Positions 11,447 through 24,900 of a DNA stretch of 64,000 bases are shown here, in pieces (positions within the stretch are counted from its first letter, which is position 1; each line of letters opens with the position of its first letter). The notes beneath the pieces were generated by a model that was not told where the DNA came from, did no database searches, and saw only the letters and a program-made list of their open reading frames with translations. The position numbers and the translations under genes were made by a program. Location: contig NC_043011.1 of NCBI RefSeq assembly GCF_006345805.1, positions 6,510,001 to 6,574,000 of the forward strand, read 5' to 3'. This stretch comes from Octopus sinensis. Lineage: Eukaryota.

Positions 11447-14144
11447 TTATACACTTGTCTCTTTTTTGAATTTACTTGTTAAACTATCCTGTCTCTGAGG
11501 TAACCAAACATTTCCTATACTTTCAGAATCCGAACTTGATCCAGAATCGTCCTCCTCCTCTTCCTCCTCCTCATCGTCGTCCTCTGCCAATTTTGCAACA
11601 CGCCGGCCCCGTGTTCTGCGATGTTCGTAAGAACTGAAAGATCGAGGGAACCAGTACAGGTTGCTCTTCATGTCGTGGCTCTCCTCTTGCATCCCCCCCT
11701 CTTCCTCACATTTTTTCAGCAGTTTCTGAATGACTTTTTCCTGATATGAATGGTTCACATAAGCGTATGGAACTTTCGGAGGACGATTTTTGAACTGTTC
11801 GTCCCAGCCGAGTGAGTGTTGCTTGGAGAGACGTGAATGTCTGTGAGTATTTCGGTGCCGGCGCTGATGGGTGGGATCGGAATGGTGATCCGAGTCGTGA
11901 TTTTTTGCAGAGTGTTTTGAACACTGGATCTGACTGTCCGACTCGTGGAACACAAACTGATTGTCATTCAACTGTTTGTTGTTGTTGTTGTTGCTGCTGC
12001 TGCAGTTGTTCTCATCGGAATCGCATTTGCAGCCGATATGATTGCTTTCGAAATTGGGGGGGTGGGGGGTACGTTGCTGGGGGTTGGTGTACGGTGGCAG
12101 TTGTGTGGGGTCAGTTTTTGATGGCTGGCCTTGTTGATTGTGATGATGGTGGTGATGATGATGGTGATGATGATGATGCTGCTGCTGCTGCTGCTGTTGT
12201 TGCTGATGCTGTGGTAGCTGGTTGACAAGGCCACCACTTCCGCTACTCAAATAGCCATCCTCACCAGTTTTGTTGCTGCTGCTGCTGCTACTGCTGCTGC
12301 TGCTGCACACAAAGTCCGCAGACTTTGCAGCATTATTTTCTAGGTGGGGTGGAGGTAGATAGAAATTCTGTCGTGGAGGTCCAAAAGGCGCATTTTGGTT
12401 ATTTTTATCTAATGGCAACGAACACTCATTGTTTGATGATGTGAGATGATTCTCTTTCACCAAATCTGGAGGATTGGTTAGTGTTGATGGAAGAAGGCCC
12501 TGGGCCAGTGGCGCTGGCTTTACCGGGTCCTTGTTGCTATTTTGAAAGGCAGAATTATGAACAGATTCGGGTGGCAAGTATCCTTGTAGGACATGATTTT
12601 CAGGGCATTCCACATTAGCACTTCTGTCTGCACTCACCTCACTCTGGCCATCAAAATCCCGTAACCTCGGAACGGAACCGTCCCTCACCATATACTCATT
12701 CGGTTGATCAGCAGCCTCGACTGCCTTGCCAATTTTTGGTAATGTGTTGCAGCGCTTCGGTTGAACAGGAGTGAATGCACTTGAATGTTGATAGGAAGTG
12801 AGGGACGATGCCCCAGGAGAATGACAGTGAGGTAGCGTTTGAGAGCCAGATGGGGATATAAAGCTACAAGATGGGCTTGCTGTTATTGTTTCTGGGGATG
12901 TGGGGCCTCCCACTGGAGGTATTTGGTTTCTATCTAATGGCAAAGAGGGGAATAATGGTTCATGGATGTTGAGGGGTAACTGGTTTGGGATTTTGCCAGG
13001 GACTGGCTGTTTTTGGAGGCCGACACCACCATTCTTCACATCGTCTGCATTGGCTTGGATCTGAATTTCAATACTCCAGTGAGTATTGGCATCAGAACTG
13101 GTGCAGTGGCTGTAACGTTTGGTCGAGTCATCAAAATTGACCGAATTGAAGTCACTGATGTCTTTGTTGATTTCTTTGTTTATTAACTTGAGATGATTGT
13201 GTCGGTTCTTCTCCCAGAATTTCTTAGCAACACCATTCTGCCGAGGGTTGTAAAAATTGGGGTAAGGTGCCTCATGTGCACTGCTGACTGACCCATCGGT
13301 GAACGTGGCAGGTTGGATTGGCACAAGATTGATCTGTTTGATTGGGCGGTCGACAACTTTTACTTTGTTGCTACGCTCATTGTTGTACATTTTGCCAGTC
13401 AGGGACTCTCCATCGACGCTGCTACCCGAGCGCACATGCCCATTGATGTGAGTCATGTGATTGACATTCGGTGGTGTGATGCGAGCGATTTCCACTTCGT
13501 CTTTCTCGCAGCAGAAGAATCGCCTCCAACAGTCTCGGGAATCATCTCGTAAAAGACAAAAGAAACCGACCAAAAATCCACCTAGAATAATACTGGATAA
13601 TCCATAGAGATAACTGAAGATTATTTCTTGTTTTGGGACGATGGCACGAAATGGCTGGGCCACAGCGAAAGCAGCACACACCCATGCAACGATAAATAAG
13701 AAGAGGAAGGTTACTAAAGCTCTGAGCTGGGTGATGGGGCGTCGTTCCTCATCTAATATACTAGAGATGCTGGAAATATTACTGTCATCTGAATGGATGG
13801 AGCGATTGTCTGGCTGGTTTCTGCTACCACTAACACTACTACCGCCACGATGGTGGTTGTTGACATGCAATGGTATACTGGGCGGAGCTTGGTGAGGTTG
13901 GTTTGTATTGTTGTTGTGGTGATGATGATGATGATGATGGTGATGTGGGTGAAGATGCTCCTGGTTAGGAGAGAGCTCAATTTCATTGACGTGCAGCTCC
14001 TCTGTTTCTTCAGAGTAGCTTGGATTGGTCGACGATCCTCGAATAACACAAGAGATTCGCAGAAAGTAGACAAGGTTGATTCCAACCAGCAATGCCACTG
14101 GCCCATAGAATGCTCCAAGACCAGGATCCCAGGAAAGATAACAA
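11447..14144 (-). CDS. ADGRA3: ADGRA terminal exon (observed 14): TM5-TM7 and long cytoplasmic tail ending KKETSV
   Basis: Acceptor ttcgttttcgttgcag, then [19 protein letters not shown]. In frame with the 883-aa ORF. Stop TAA at 11447-11449. Confidence 0.94.
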
Positions 14145-17100
14145 CTGCAACGAAAACGAAATCATTTCATTATTCTAGAAATCTTTTTCAGGTCAAATTT
14201 ACTTTGCCTTTTTTCAGGAAGAATAAATAAAAAATACTGGAATTGATTCTTCTCGTGTTTACTGTGCCAAATTGGCAGACTTAGAGAGAGAGATGGTCAA
14301 AGCCAAGTCTAAAAATGCCCAAAGCATGCTGTATATTATGATGGCACCAAGGATTTCAGGCTCATTGAAAGGTAACACACATACCATTGCTATTATGCAA
14401 AAGTGTTGTAAGTCCAAAATGCTTTTTCAGAAAATGAAAAAAATAGTTTCACCATTCCATAGCAAAGCCGTTGTACAACACTTTAACAATTTTTTATATC
14501 TTGGCAGCTGGAGATAGCATAGTTTAACCAAAAGAACCGGTTATTACAAGCAAAAATAAATATTGAAAAAAAAAAACAAAAAAAAAACGCATTTGGCCAA
14601 ATTTGGACATACGACAGTTTAATATAATAGCAATGATATATGTTCACACTCAACAATATACGCGCACACATATAATAAAAAACGAAACACCTTTATGCCT
14701 GCTTTGTATGATTTTGGGGGTTAAACAATTATGTACTGAGCCTGGGACTATAGTAGAGACACTTGCCCAGGGTACCATGCAGTGGAATTGAACCTAAAAT
14801 CATGTGGTTGAGAAAAAGTTCTTACCAAACAGTCATGCTTCTGCTATATCTAAACACACACACACACATTAGTTGTAGGATTTATTAGAATCTTGTGCCA
14901 AATGATGAATGGTCAGAGTGAGACAGAAACATGTGTCTTGCTGTAAAGAAGATACACTGTTACCCAGCCAGAGGGAAGAGCAAGAGAGAGAGAGAGTGGA
15001 AGAGAGTAAGAGTGCAGGAGAGAGAGTGGAAGAGAGTAAGAGTGCAGGAGAGAGAGTGGAAGAGTGCAGGAGAGAGATGGTGGTGAAGTGCTGAGGCATA
15101 CTCACAGGAATGGGGATCAGAATATAAATGGGATGGTTGAGTAAAGGAAGAAAGAGATAGATAGATGGAGGCGAGTGCCAGAGCATAATCTCAAGGTACA
15201 GAGGTCATACTATAGAGGGCAGGGTGTTGTCAAAGAAGCAATACCGTAAGTAGCTGGGTGGAGAATGCAGTGACTGGTAAAAACATAGGTATAGAGAAAG
15301 GGGTGGGGTATATAGAGGGGATGATAAAGTGAGCAGGGCAGTGAGGACAGGGTTGTGGAGTGAGAGATGAGCATGAAAGAGGAGATGCGAGGCAGAGAAG
15401 AGATGTAGTTTGTTTTGTTAGGGTAGGGTGTGTGTGAAAAGTTTTATTGTTACATATGGGTGGAGCACACAGCATTTCTAGAAATCTGTTTTGCTAACAT
15501 GGGTGAGTCTTCTCAAGAACCTATTACCTTTGCATAATGTAAGTTATGAAGAAAGGCTGAAGACGCTCGACCTTTATTCTCTAGAAAAACGCCGCTGCCA
15601 TGGTGATCTCATTCTTGCTCACAACATCATAAGCGGAAAGTGTAACCTCTCGAAAGAGCTGTTCTTCATTCCTGCTTCAGAGCGTCGGCTGCGGGGTCAT
15701 TCCGAAAAGCTCTATCTGCGACGATTTCATCTCAATCGAAGGAGAGGGGCTTTCTCCGTCCGGGTTGCGGATCCGTGGAATAAGCTGCCGGACAAGATGG
15801 TGAAGATGCCGACGACCGCTCGGTTCAAAGTCTCCCTTGACCACAAGTGGCCTGAACTCTTTACATGAGCACCACCCTGTACATAACTCCATGTCCCCCT
15901 ATATGGCCTTGCTTTTTGCTTTTTGAGCCAAAAATTAACTAACATATATGGTTGTACACTTAAACTGTTCCCCCTTCCCATCCATAAACATTTGACTAAG
16001 GACTTTTCAATTGAAATCTGTTTAGGGAATAAAACGTTTGGCTACAGCTGGAGTAAGTCTCGTCATTTAATATCTAATTAAACTATTATTTCATGTTTAA
16101 CCCCTTGACAATGGTTGACATAAATATGTGATCACACTTTTGCTTGCCTACCCGTGGTTAATGTAAATATACGATGTAGAGCTACCCTACATCTATCATG
16201 GACTTTTTAGCGGCTGACGTATGTTTACGTTCGCTATCGTTTACTTTATCTCTTGAGGTGTGTGCGCTCGCTGTCCCGAGCATTATCTTAGCTATTTTAG
16301 GTTACGTTCAAGTCATGAGACTAACAGTAGACCAATGACATGCGGATACTTTACATACATATGCATTGGTACAGGAGGTATAAAAGTAACGGTCCCCAGT
16401 GAAAACGCATCATAATTCAAAATGTCTTCAAATCAATTACAACAAGTTCTGCGTTTGCGCTTTGGTCCTCCATCAGTGAATTTACGCTCGTCATCGCACC
16501 CGACAACACCTGTGGCAACCAACTCGTCGTTGCGTCAAACATCGGCACGACCGACACCTACGTCAACTTGCTCATCGTCGTGTCAAACATCTGCTCGACC
16601 GTCACCTACACGTGAAACTTAGCCGCGACCTTGTAGTTCTGGTGTTGCTGCGGAGGCCGGTGATACTCCTTCAGCAAGTGATACTCCTTCGTGTCAGACC
16701 ACACCCACATCCTCAGCTCCATTGTCAGCTGCTGCTGCTGAATCGAGAGGTACTGATGATTCAGGCTCAGACTTTTCTGATGATTTTTGACTCATCCGAT
16801 GGTGATTCTGGCTGCGAGATTTTGCCGAACTCTGATCCAGGTACTTTGCAATTGCTGCGAAACAACAGAAGGGCAAGAGTCGATGGCCCTGGCCAGCTGA
16901 ATGTGGTGTGGTGGAGAATAGACAATTTTTGGCGATGATACGGATTCTCAGGCAACTCCGGGATAAAAGTGAACCTGAATAATCACAGTTCGTCCTTGGA
17001 AATATTCCACGAGTTTCTCACGGAGGAACTTTTCGAGGATATGGCAGACGAAACGAACGACTACGCTGCTACTCATCCTCAACGTGAATCCGAGCATAGC

Positions 17101-18781
17101 ACCAACTGGTTCCCGACGAAAGGCGATGAATTCAAAGTGTTTCTTACGCTGCTTATCTCATGGGCATCGTAAGAAAACCCACCCTTGGTCCGTATTGGTG
17201 TAGGAACCGTCAAACGGCGACACTGTTTTTCACCGACACGATGCCGCGCAATCATTTTTTCGTGCTACTGAAAAACCTACACTTCAACTCGCGCGTCAAC
17301 ACTGATGACAGGCTGCACAAACTTCGGCCAATTGTTGATGCAGTTGCAGACAATTTTGAAACTGTCCATATACCTATGCAAGATATTTCCACAGAAAGTC
17401 TCTGGGAATTCAAGGGGCGGTTGCGATTCAGACGGTACAACCCTAGAAATACGTGTGTGCTTTGGAGTGAAAGTATATTATGTTTGTCACTCATCCGGTG
17501 TCACACGTGGCTATACCTGGAACTATAAACTATATACTGGCGATGACAGGGTCGCGGACGTTCTAGCATCAACTAATGTCATCATGCCATTGAATGTCGA
17601 ACTGTTAGACAAAGGGCATAACATTTATATGGATAACTGGTTTTCTAGTCCCGACTTGTTTCAGCAGCTGCAGGCCAGGAGAACAAACGACTGTGGGATG
17701 GTCCACGCTTTCTTGAGGAACATGCCCCTTGATCTTCGAAAGCCAAAACTTGAGAAAAGATAATTTGCATACCGTTCGACGAACAGTGGTCTCCTGGCAA
17801 TGGTCTGGTGAGACAGAAAGTATGTGACCATGCTGAGTACAATGCACTCTGCTGCAATGTCTGAAACTGGCAAACGGAATCGTGCAGGGGACCCCATCAT
17901 AAAACCCGATGTACAGGACTACAACAGAGCAATGAGTGGGGTGGATAGATCCGATCAGCTGGCTACCATGCACAAATCTGCACGAAGATTCGGAAAATGG
18001 TACAAAAAAATATTTTTGTACATTGTGGATATGGCACTCGTGAACACACATCTGATCTGGCGAATGCTGGGTGGCGAAGCAACTGGACTTGCATTTCGCG
18101 AGGCCTTGATAAATGAAATTATCGAAGCTTCTTAGCTGCCCAACCACCGAATGCATGGACATCCTCACGCCCGACCTACTCCAAATTGGCTTCTGAACCG
18201 ACGAGGACATTTCCCGCGCTTCGTACCGCCAACGGGAAAAAACCAGAATCTGGCATGGAAATGTGTTGTATGCACCTCACACCATTGTAGGCGTGAAAAC
18301 AGATATCGTTGTCCAGATTGTGTTGTGTCCCATTGCATAATACCGTGTTTTGAGTTGTACCACACGCAAGCTATTTTCTGAACTTGAGCAGAATAACTCG
18401 TGCATATCATATTATGATAAATAGCTTCACATAGTTCGTTTTCGTAAACTGGTAGACGTAAATGTATGACACTATGTTATTGTAATGGTGAACATAGACA
18501 CAAGCTCGTTGGCACTTGTGTGTTTGTGTGGCCTCACTAGGTAAAAAAAAACCCCGGAGCAGTGTCTTGCATGCTTCGGATAATACCTGCGTCAAGGTAT
18601 AAATATATATTTTTTGTACACAAAATAGGTGCAGGAGTGGCTGTGTGATAAGTAGCTTGCTTATCAACCACATGGTTCCGGGTTCAGTCCTACTGTGTGG
18701 CACCTTGGGCAAGTGTCTTCTATAGCCTCGGGCCAACCAAAGCCTTGTGAGTGGATTTGGTTGACAGAAACTGAAAGAAGT

Positions 18782-18827
<46 letters not shown>

Positions 18828-18921
18828 TTCATCAAAAATTTAGATTCAGATGAATATGGTACTTAAGTTAAAGGCACCAGAATTTGGTATGGTATTATCC
18901 ATATTATAATCACCCCATTTG

Positions 18922-18975
<54 letters not shown>

Positions 18976-21900
18976 ATCTGTTTGTCCCCCCTCCCCACCG
19001 CCTGACAACAGATGTTGGTGTGTTTACGTGCCCGTAACTTGTCTCTGATCAAACCGTCTTAGTTTGGTCCGAGTGGAAGATTCCTGGAATGATTTTAAAT
19101 TGATCCGATACTCGCAGGGAAGTAACTTTTGTAATAAAAAAGGGAAATGGTTGGAGAATGGGTGCAAGGGAAATAGGGAGTCTTAGGGAGAGTGTAGGGG
19201 CTGTTTTGATGACGATACTTGACGAGGTTAAGTTGAGTCGTTTGGGTACTGATTGCATGAAGGAATGGGGGTGGGGAGAGTGTGAATGTGTGCGATTGCT
19301 CGTTAAAGGTTAAAAGATAATCCAACACTTACTAATCCATCCCAGCATAATGGTCCATGTTAACGGCAGCAGTGATGCCACAAATGATCAGTGGAACTCC
19401 CCATCCTAAAAGGTAGAATCGCAGCATTGGTTTGGGTGGCAACGGCATGATGAGGGGTTCCGGTGGAGGTGGGGGCGGTCGCTCGGCCTTGGCAAACTTC
19501 TTGAGCATGTTGCTGTGGAGAGAAACAGAAAATTGAATGACACAACAAGCACTGATGACATCATCATCATCATCTACACACACACACACATCAATGAACA
19601 GTGTGTCTCATAATAACAAGACTTGTCTTGGTTACACATTAAAACCTTTTCCTGAGAAAATGCATTGGTCCCAGTCTTAGTTACTTGTGTTTAAAGGGTC
19701 CCATTAGAAACCCTGGATGTGGAGGCGTATGGCTTAATGGTGAGAGCGTTGAACTCATGGTCGTAAGATTGCGGTTTCAATCCCCGTGGTGGTGGTGGTA
19801 GTGGTATATTGTGTCCTTGGGCAAAGCTCTTCATTCTGGTGGCTCCAGGTCACTCAGCTGGTAAAAAGGAGTCATCCTGCAACAGACCAGCATCCTGTCC
19901 AGTGAGGAATATATATATATATATATAATATATATATATATGCTTTATTTAAAGCAGCAGAAACTTCAACAAAACCTGTTACTCTGAGTTTCACGTTCCC
20001 GTTCGTCGGACAGTTTTTGCTAGAATAGAACCGATATGTCAATTCTATCCAGACTAGTATAAATGCTACACCTTTAAAAATGGACTTGTTTGATTGGTCC
20101 TTTACAAATAACGGTCAATTTTTGAGCGATAAACAAAAATGAGCTCAAAAAAAAAAAAAATAATAATATATATATATATAAAATTATTAAATTCGAGGAA
20201 GTAGGACCAATCAAACAAGTCCATTTTTAAAGGTGTAGCGTTTATACTAGTCTGGATAGAATTGACATATCGGTTCTATTCTAGCAAAAACTGTCCGACG
20301 AACAGGAATGTGAAACTCAGAGTAACAGGTTTTGTTGAATTTTCTACTGCTTTTAAATAAAGCATATTACTCTACCACTGGTATTTGAGTACTCTTTTTT
20401 CCACCTTGTTTCACATTTATGTGTTTACTCCGGTATATATATATATATATATGGCAGAGAAACTGGGAAAGCAACCCATGCTCCTTGCAAAGTGATGAAG
20501 ATTAACCATACACCCTGTACATAAGCATATATATAAATACAGGCAACACACACACATTCTCGTATTTTACATCCATTTTCCAAGCCTACACAATTCCAAG
20601 ATTATACACACGTTAATCCCGGAGTATTTGTTGTTGTAAAATAGTTGTGTTTATGATGGTAACCAAACCACTTTTATTTACTAAGACATTCTGACAACTT
20701 GGAATTCTATCTTTTACTAGCAGTATCGCCCAGCGTTGCTTGGGTTTGTTTCGACCCTTTAGAATTGGAATTTTTGAAAAGTAAAAATTTGCATTATGTA
20801 GCTTGTTATTCTCTTTAAGTGAACATTTTTCTGGTTGAAATACACTGAAAAATGGCGACACAGCAGTAAAAAAATCGTAAAAATGGAGTTTTTCATAGAA
20901 AAAAAGAACCTTTTTGATGTAAATAATTTTTGGTATTAACATGGTCCTTCTACGGAAGGAAGAGCAAGCCTTCTTCTATCATACTCTCAATTTTGGTCAA
21001 CTTGTGCTGCAGGGTCTCGGAGGAGATAGTGTTAGTTGAAGGCTACCAAACCTGCCATACACAGACAACTTCAGCTTTATATAGAGAGAGATTAATAATG
21101 TTGCTTCCTGCACAATATTATTGAATTACAAAAGAATTGAAGAGGTTCATGCCTTTCCCAATGGTAAGCAATGAACAAAAAGTTGTACAAATCCATCAGG
21201 AAACCATCAAAACTTTGCACTCTTTCTGTATCTGCTGAATGCCATGCACTGAATTATTTATTTACTCCCTTGATGCCAAGGTAGACGATGGCTGTTGTGT
21301 TGTTTGCTTCTGCCTAGAAACCTACTGTTTGCCATGTTCACCTCCATATCTTTGGAATTCTTGACCATTCTTCCATGTTTGAACACTGGAACTTACACTA
21401 TAAATCTTTAACTGATTCCTGAATGAAATCCCAAGGGATTGCAGCCAGATATTCCTGTAGACAAATTCTGGTGAACCCTCTGAATTGTTCTTAAAGTTCC
21501 AAGAAAAACACTCGTACAAAGCTTGAACCATTCTCCAGAGTGATATGTTTCTAATGAACTTTCTCCAAGTTACACAATATTGTCAAAAATCTTTGCACAG
21601 CTGACACACACACACACGGGAGTTATTAAGACCAATACAGCAAAGGTCAAATATCTAAATAGTTGTACTCAGTATAAATGATAAAAGCTTAATGCTGGCT
21701 AGAACTGATCTTGTATCTGTTGCAGATTTTAGCCCCTATGTTTCTCCTCCAGGGGCACTGATATATTATATCATGCGGCTATGAAGCAATGGCCGGCCGT
21801 GTGTTAACAGCCATTGATACTGACAACAAATTGAATCCTGCAAAAGTAACCATGTGAGTGTGATGTGGTGGTGTTGATGCCTTGTGGAGGTGACATTGAT

Positions 21901-24900
21901 GTGAGAACAATAATAAACAAGCAACAGTCAAACTGAAAATAAAACAAAAAAAACCCCAGAAAAGTTGTCTCTTACTTGGAGGTGATGGTCACCCAGAAGA
22001 TACAGCAAAGAGAGCAGTAGTGAATACAAATGCCAACGATTTGACAGGCCCTCCTGTTGTCCACCCGGTTGATACCCATTGTAAAACCAATGACCAGAAG
22101 TAATATACTGATGCTGATGTTGATTACAGAATGTTTCATCTTCTTAGGGACTCGGATGAACCTGGACAAGACAAAAAAAGACAACTGTTGAGTCACTTCG
22201 TTACAAACAAAGCAGGATATCTATATATTCGAAGGGATAAACTTTTGAACAACATCTTATGAAATAAATAAATAAATAAGACATGCAATTATTTCTGTAT
22301 GTATTTCTGGAAGCCTGGGATGAGAAATAAATTAATCAGTTTCAGTGTTCTTTAATGGTTCATCAGTATTTACTCCTTTTATTTCTAAAAATACTCAGAC
22401 AATGCAATAAAAAGTTATTTATTAAGCATAAACAGACATGTTTCCAGGTAGAACTTCGTTTACAAAATAAGCAACATTGATGGCCAGACAAGGATTACTA
22501 AGGGGCCAAAAAGTGAAGGTCAAGTATGCATAAATACATTATATATACATAAAGGCGGTGAGCTGGCAGAAACGTTAGCACGCCGGGCGAAATGCTTAGC
22601 GGTATTGCGTCTGTCATTGCGTCATGAGTTCAAATTCTGTCGAGGTCGACTTTGCCTTTCATCCTTTCGGGGTCGATAAATTAAGTACCAGTTACGCACT
22701 GAGGTCGATGTAATCAACTTAATCCGTTTGTCTGTCCTTGTTTGTCTCCTCTGTGTTTAGCCCCTTGTGGGCAATAAAGAAGCATATATATAAATACATG
22801 CACACATATACAAATGGAGACCAGTGTCCAGGTATGAGCGTCCACATTAGATGGCTGCTTTCACTGACCATTGTGAATGTGCTTAAAATAAAGAAACTAT
22901 TAACCCTTTCGTTACCGTATTTATTTTGAGATGCTCTGTGTTTCTTTCAATTATTTTAAATATAACAAAGAATTTAGTAAAATAACTTAGTTATCATTAA
23001 GCTAGTATTAGGAATATAAATTGCGACTAAGGTTTGGTGGTATATTTTGATGCAAAACTTATGAAAACAAGACATTTGTACAACAGAGCCAGAGCCGGTT
23101 TTGGCCGGGTTGGTAACAAAAGGGTTAATATTATTGTTAAGGCGGTGAGCTGGCAGAGTCGTTAGCAAGCTGGACAAAATGTCCTTAAGTTCTGAGTTCC
23201 ACTGAGATTGACTCTACATTCCATTCTTTTGGAGTTGATGAAATAAGTACCAGCTAAATACTGGGGTTCACGTAATTGACTGGCCCCTCCCCTGCCTACT
23301 GCAGAAAGAATTATAATCATTGTTATTATTAGCAACTGCTTGGCTCTGTTTGATGAGGTCTATGGTCAAACATGCTCCACCATGACCATCCTGTATCAGG
23401 GATTACACTCTTCATGATGTCCTTCCTTATTTTTGACATTGGCGTGTAATTTGAAGGAAGTTTGACTGCTATTTCTTGCAGATCAATTGAACATATAGAG
23501 TTTCTCGCCGGCTCATTATATGTTGGATAGAAGGTAGGTGTAAGGCATATGACGAGGGAGTGGGGGAATCTGCCATTACCTGACAAGCTTGTATTTATAT
23601 ACCATCATCAGCATTGTTTAACGTCTGCCTTCCATGCAGGCACAGGTTTGACAGGAGCCGGCCAGAGAGGAGCCTGCACCCCAGACTTCTGTGACTCTTT
23701 TGACATGGATGCCCTTTCTAACACCAACCACTCAGCAGAATGGACTGAGGGGTTTTTACATGGCACCAGCACAGGCAAGATCAGTTCTGGCATGGTTTTT
23801 GCAGTTGGATGCCCTTCCAAATGCCAATCACTTCACAGTGTGGACTGGATGCTTTTTAAGTGGCACCAGCATTGGTAGGGTCACCGAGTAACTTACAAGT
23901 TGCTAAACTCATTTTTATAAAATATATTAATGAAAAATTCTAACAAAATGTTAAAAAATAAAAAAAGAGGTTTGAAATATCCCTCCTGCCTCTCCCAACA
24001 CCATAGCTTACATTAAACAAAATTTGGGGGTTGAAATTCCTTTGTCTTTTCTGGTATTTGTCATACTTGGCTCAAATATTCTCCCTGTTCTATGCTCCAA
24101 CTGGCCAGTCCCAGCCCTACATCTCCCCTACAACGTCAAACTAAACAATAAACAATTGCATCATCAAATCCTTGAAGAGAGCAGATAATTAATAATTAAC
24201 CCCAAACAATATGAATAAACAATCCTTACATTTCACAGAATGATTGGAATGCCCAGAGGGGTTAAACACAGCTGTTATGACTTTAAACAAAGAATTAATT
24301 AGCAGGTGGCATGTAAAAAGCACCGTTTGATTGTGGTCGATGCCAGGCCTGCCTGACTGGCCCCTGTGCTGGTGGCACGTAAAAAGCACCCACTACAATC
24401 GTGGAGTGGTTGGTGTTAGGAAGAGCATCCAGTTGTAGAAACCTTGCCAGATCAGATTGGAGCCTGGTGCAGCCTCCTGGCTTAACAGTCTTCAGTCAAA
24501 CTGTCCAACCCATGGAAAGCAGATGTTAAAAAATGACGGTGATAATGATATGGAAATAAAGAAATTGAAACAAAATGTTTCTAAAATTTACGATTAATTG
24601 ACCAGATGGGCTTTAAATAAAAATAAATAAAACAGTGTATTCCAGGATAAAAATGACTTTTTGGCCCCAAAAGCCGAAGCTCTTTCAACTGGCCACAGTT
24701 TAGATCGGCCCAAAGCTCCTCGCTATCAACGTATGTTGGTCTCACCTGAAACAAGTTGTGTATGTGAGTATGACAGCCATTGTGCAGAGGACACAGACAC
24801 AGCTGCCGAAATATATGACAGGTTCCATCATCACAAAGCCAGTCCTCAGTGCCGGAGTCAGGTTCTGTAGAGAGAACAAGAAGAGGAAGATGTGTGGGTT

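Larger units (their letters stand above)
16101..18597 (+). mobile_element. Decayed piggyBac DNA transposon in the last ADGRA intron
   Basis: Left end TTAA|CCCCTTGAC at 16097-16109. The right end is uncertain, with only a partial GTCAAGG match at 18591-18597. Internal transposase remnant. Confidence 0.75.
19941..20435. mobile_element. Foldback non-autonomous element (arms 19941-20101 and 20203-20364) with a hammerhead motif in each arm
   Basis: About 160-bp inverted arms between (TA)n tracts. A related copy lies at 39501-39666. Confidence 0.85.

Noticed and set aside
11706-14230. Overlapping ORFs on other frames and the plus strand of the terminal exon
   Set aside because: Shadow ORFs of a long, repeat-rich coding exon, with no independent domain or splice evidence.
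17605-18210. 201-aa minus-strand ORF
   Set aside because: Antisense shadow of the piggyBac transposase remnant.
19049-19328. Short minus-strand ORFs just downstream of the TM4 exon donor
   Set aside because: No recognisable domain and no frame-compatible splice sites. Possibly an old TE remnant.
21753-21853. Plus-strand exon-like segment (ctcctccag ... gtgagt). Similar acceptor at about 7310.
   Set aside because: Stops in all three frames and no partner exons identified. An antisense lncRNA cannot be supported without expression data.
22325-22372. Minus-strand CUGAUGA...GAAAC spacing like a hammerhead
   Set aside because: There is no stem II or stem III pairing and no element context, so it is probably chance in AT-rich DNA.
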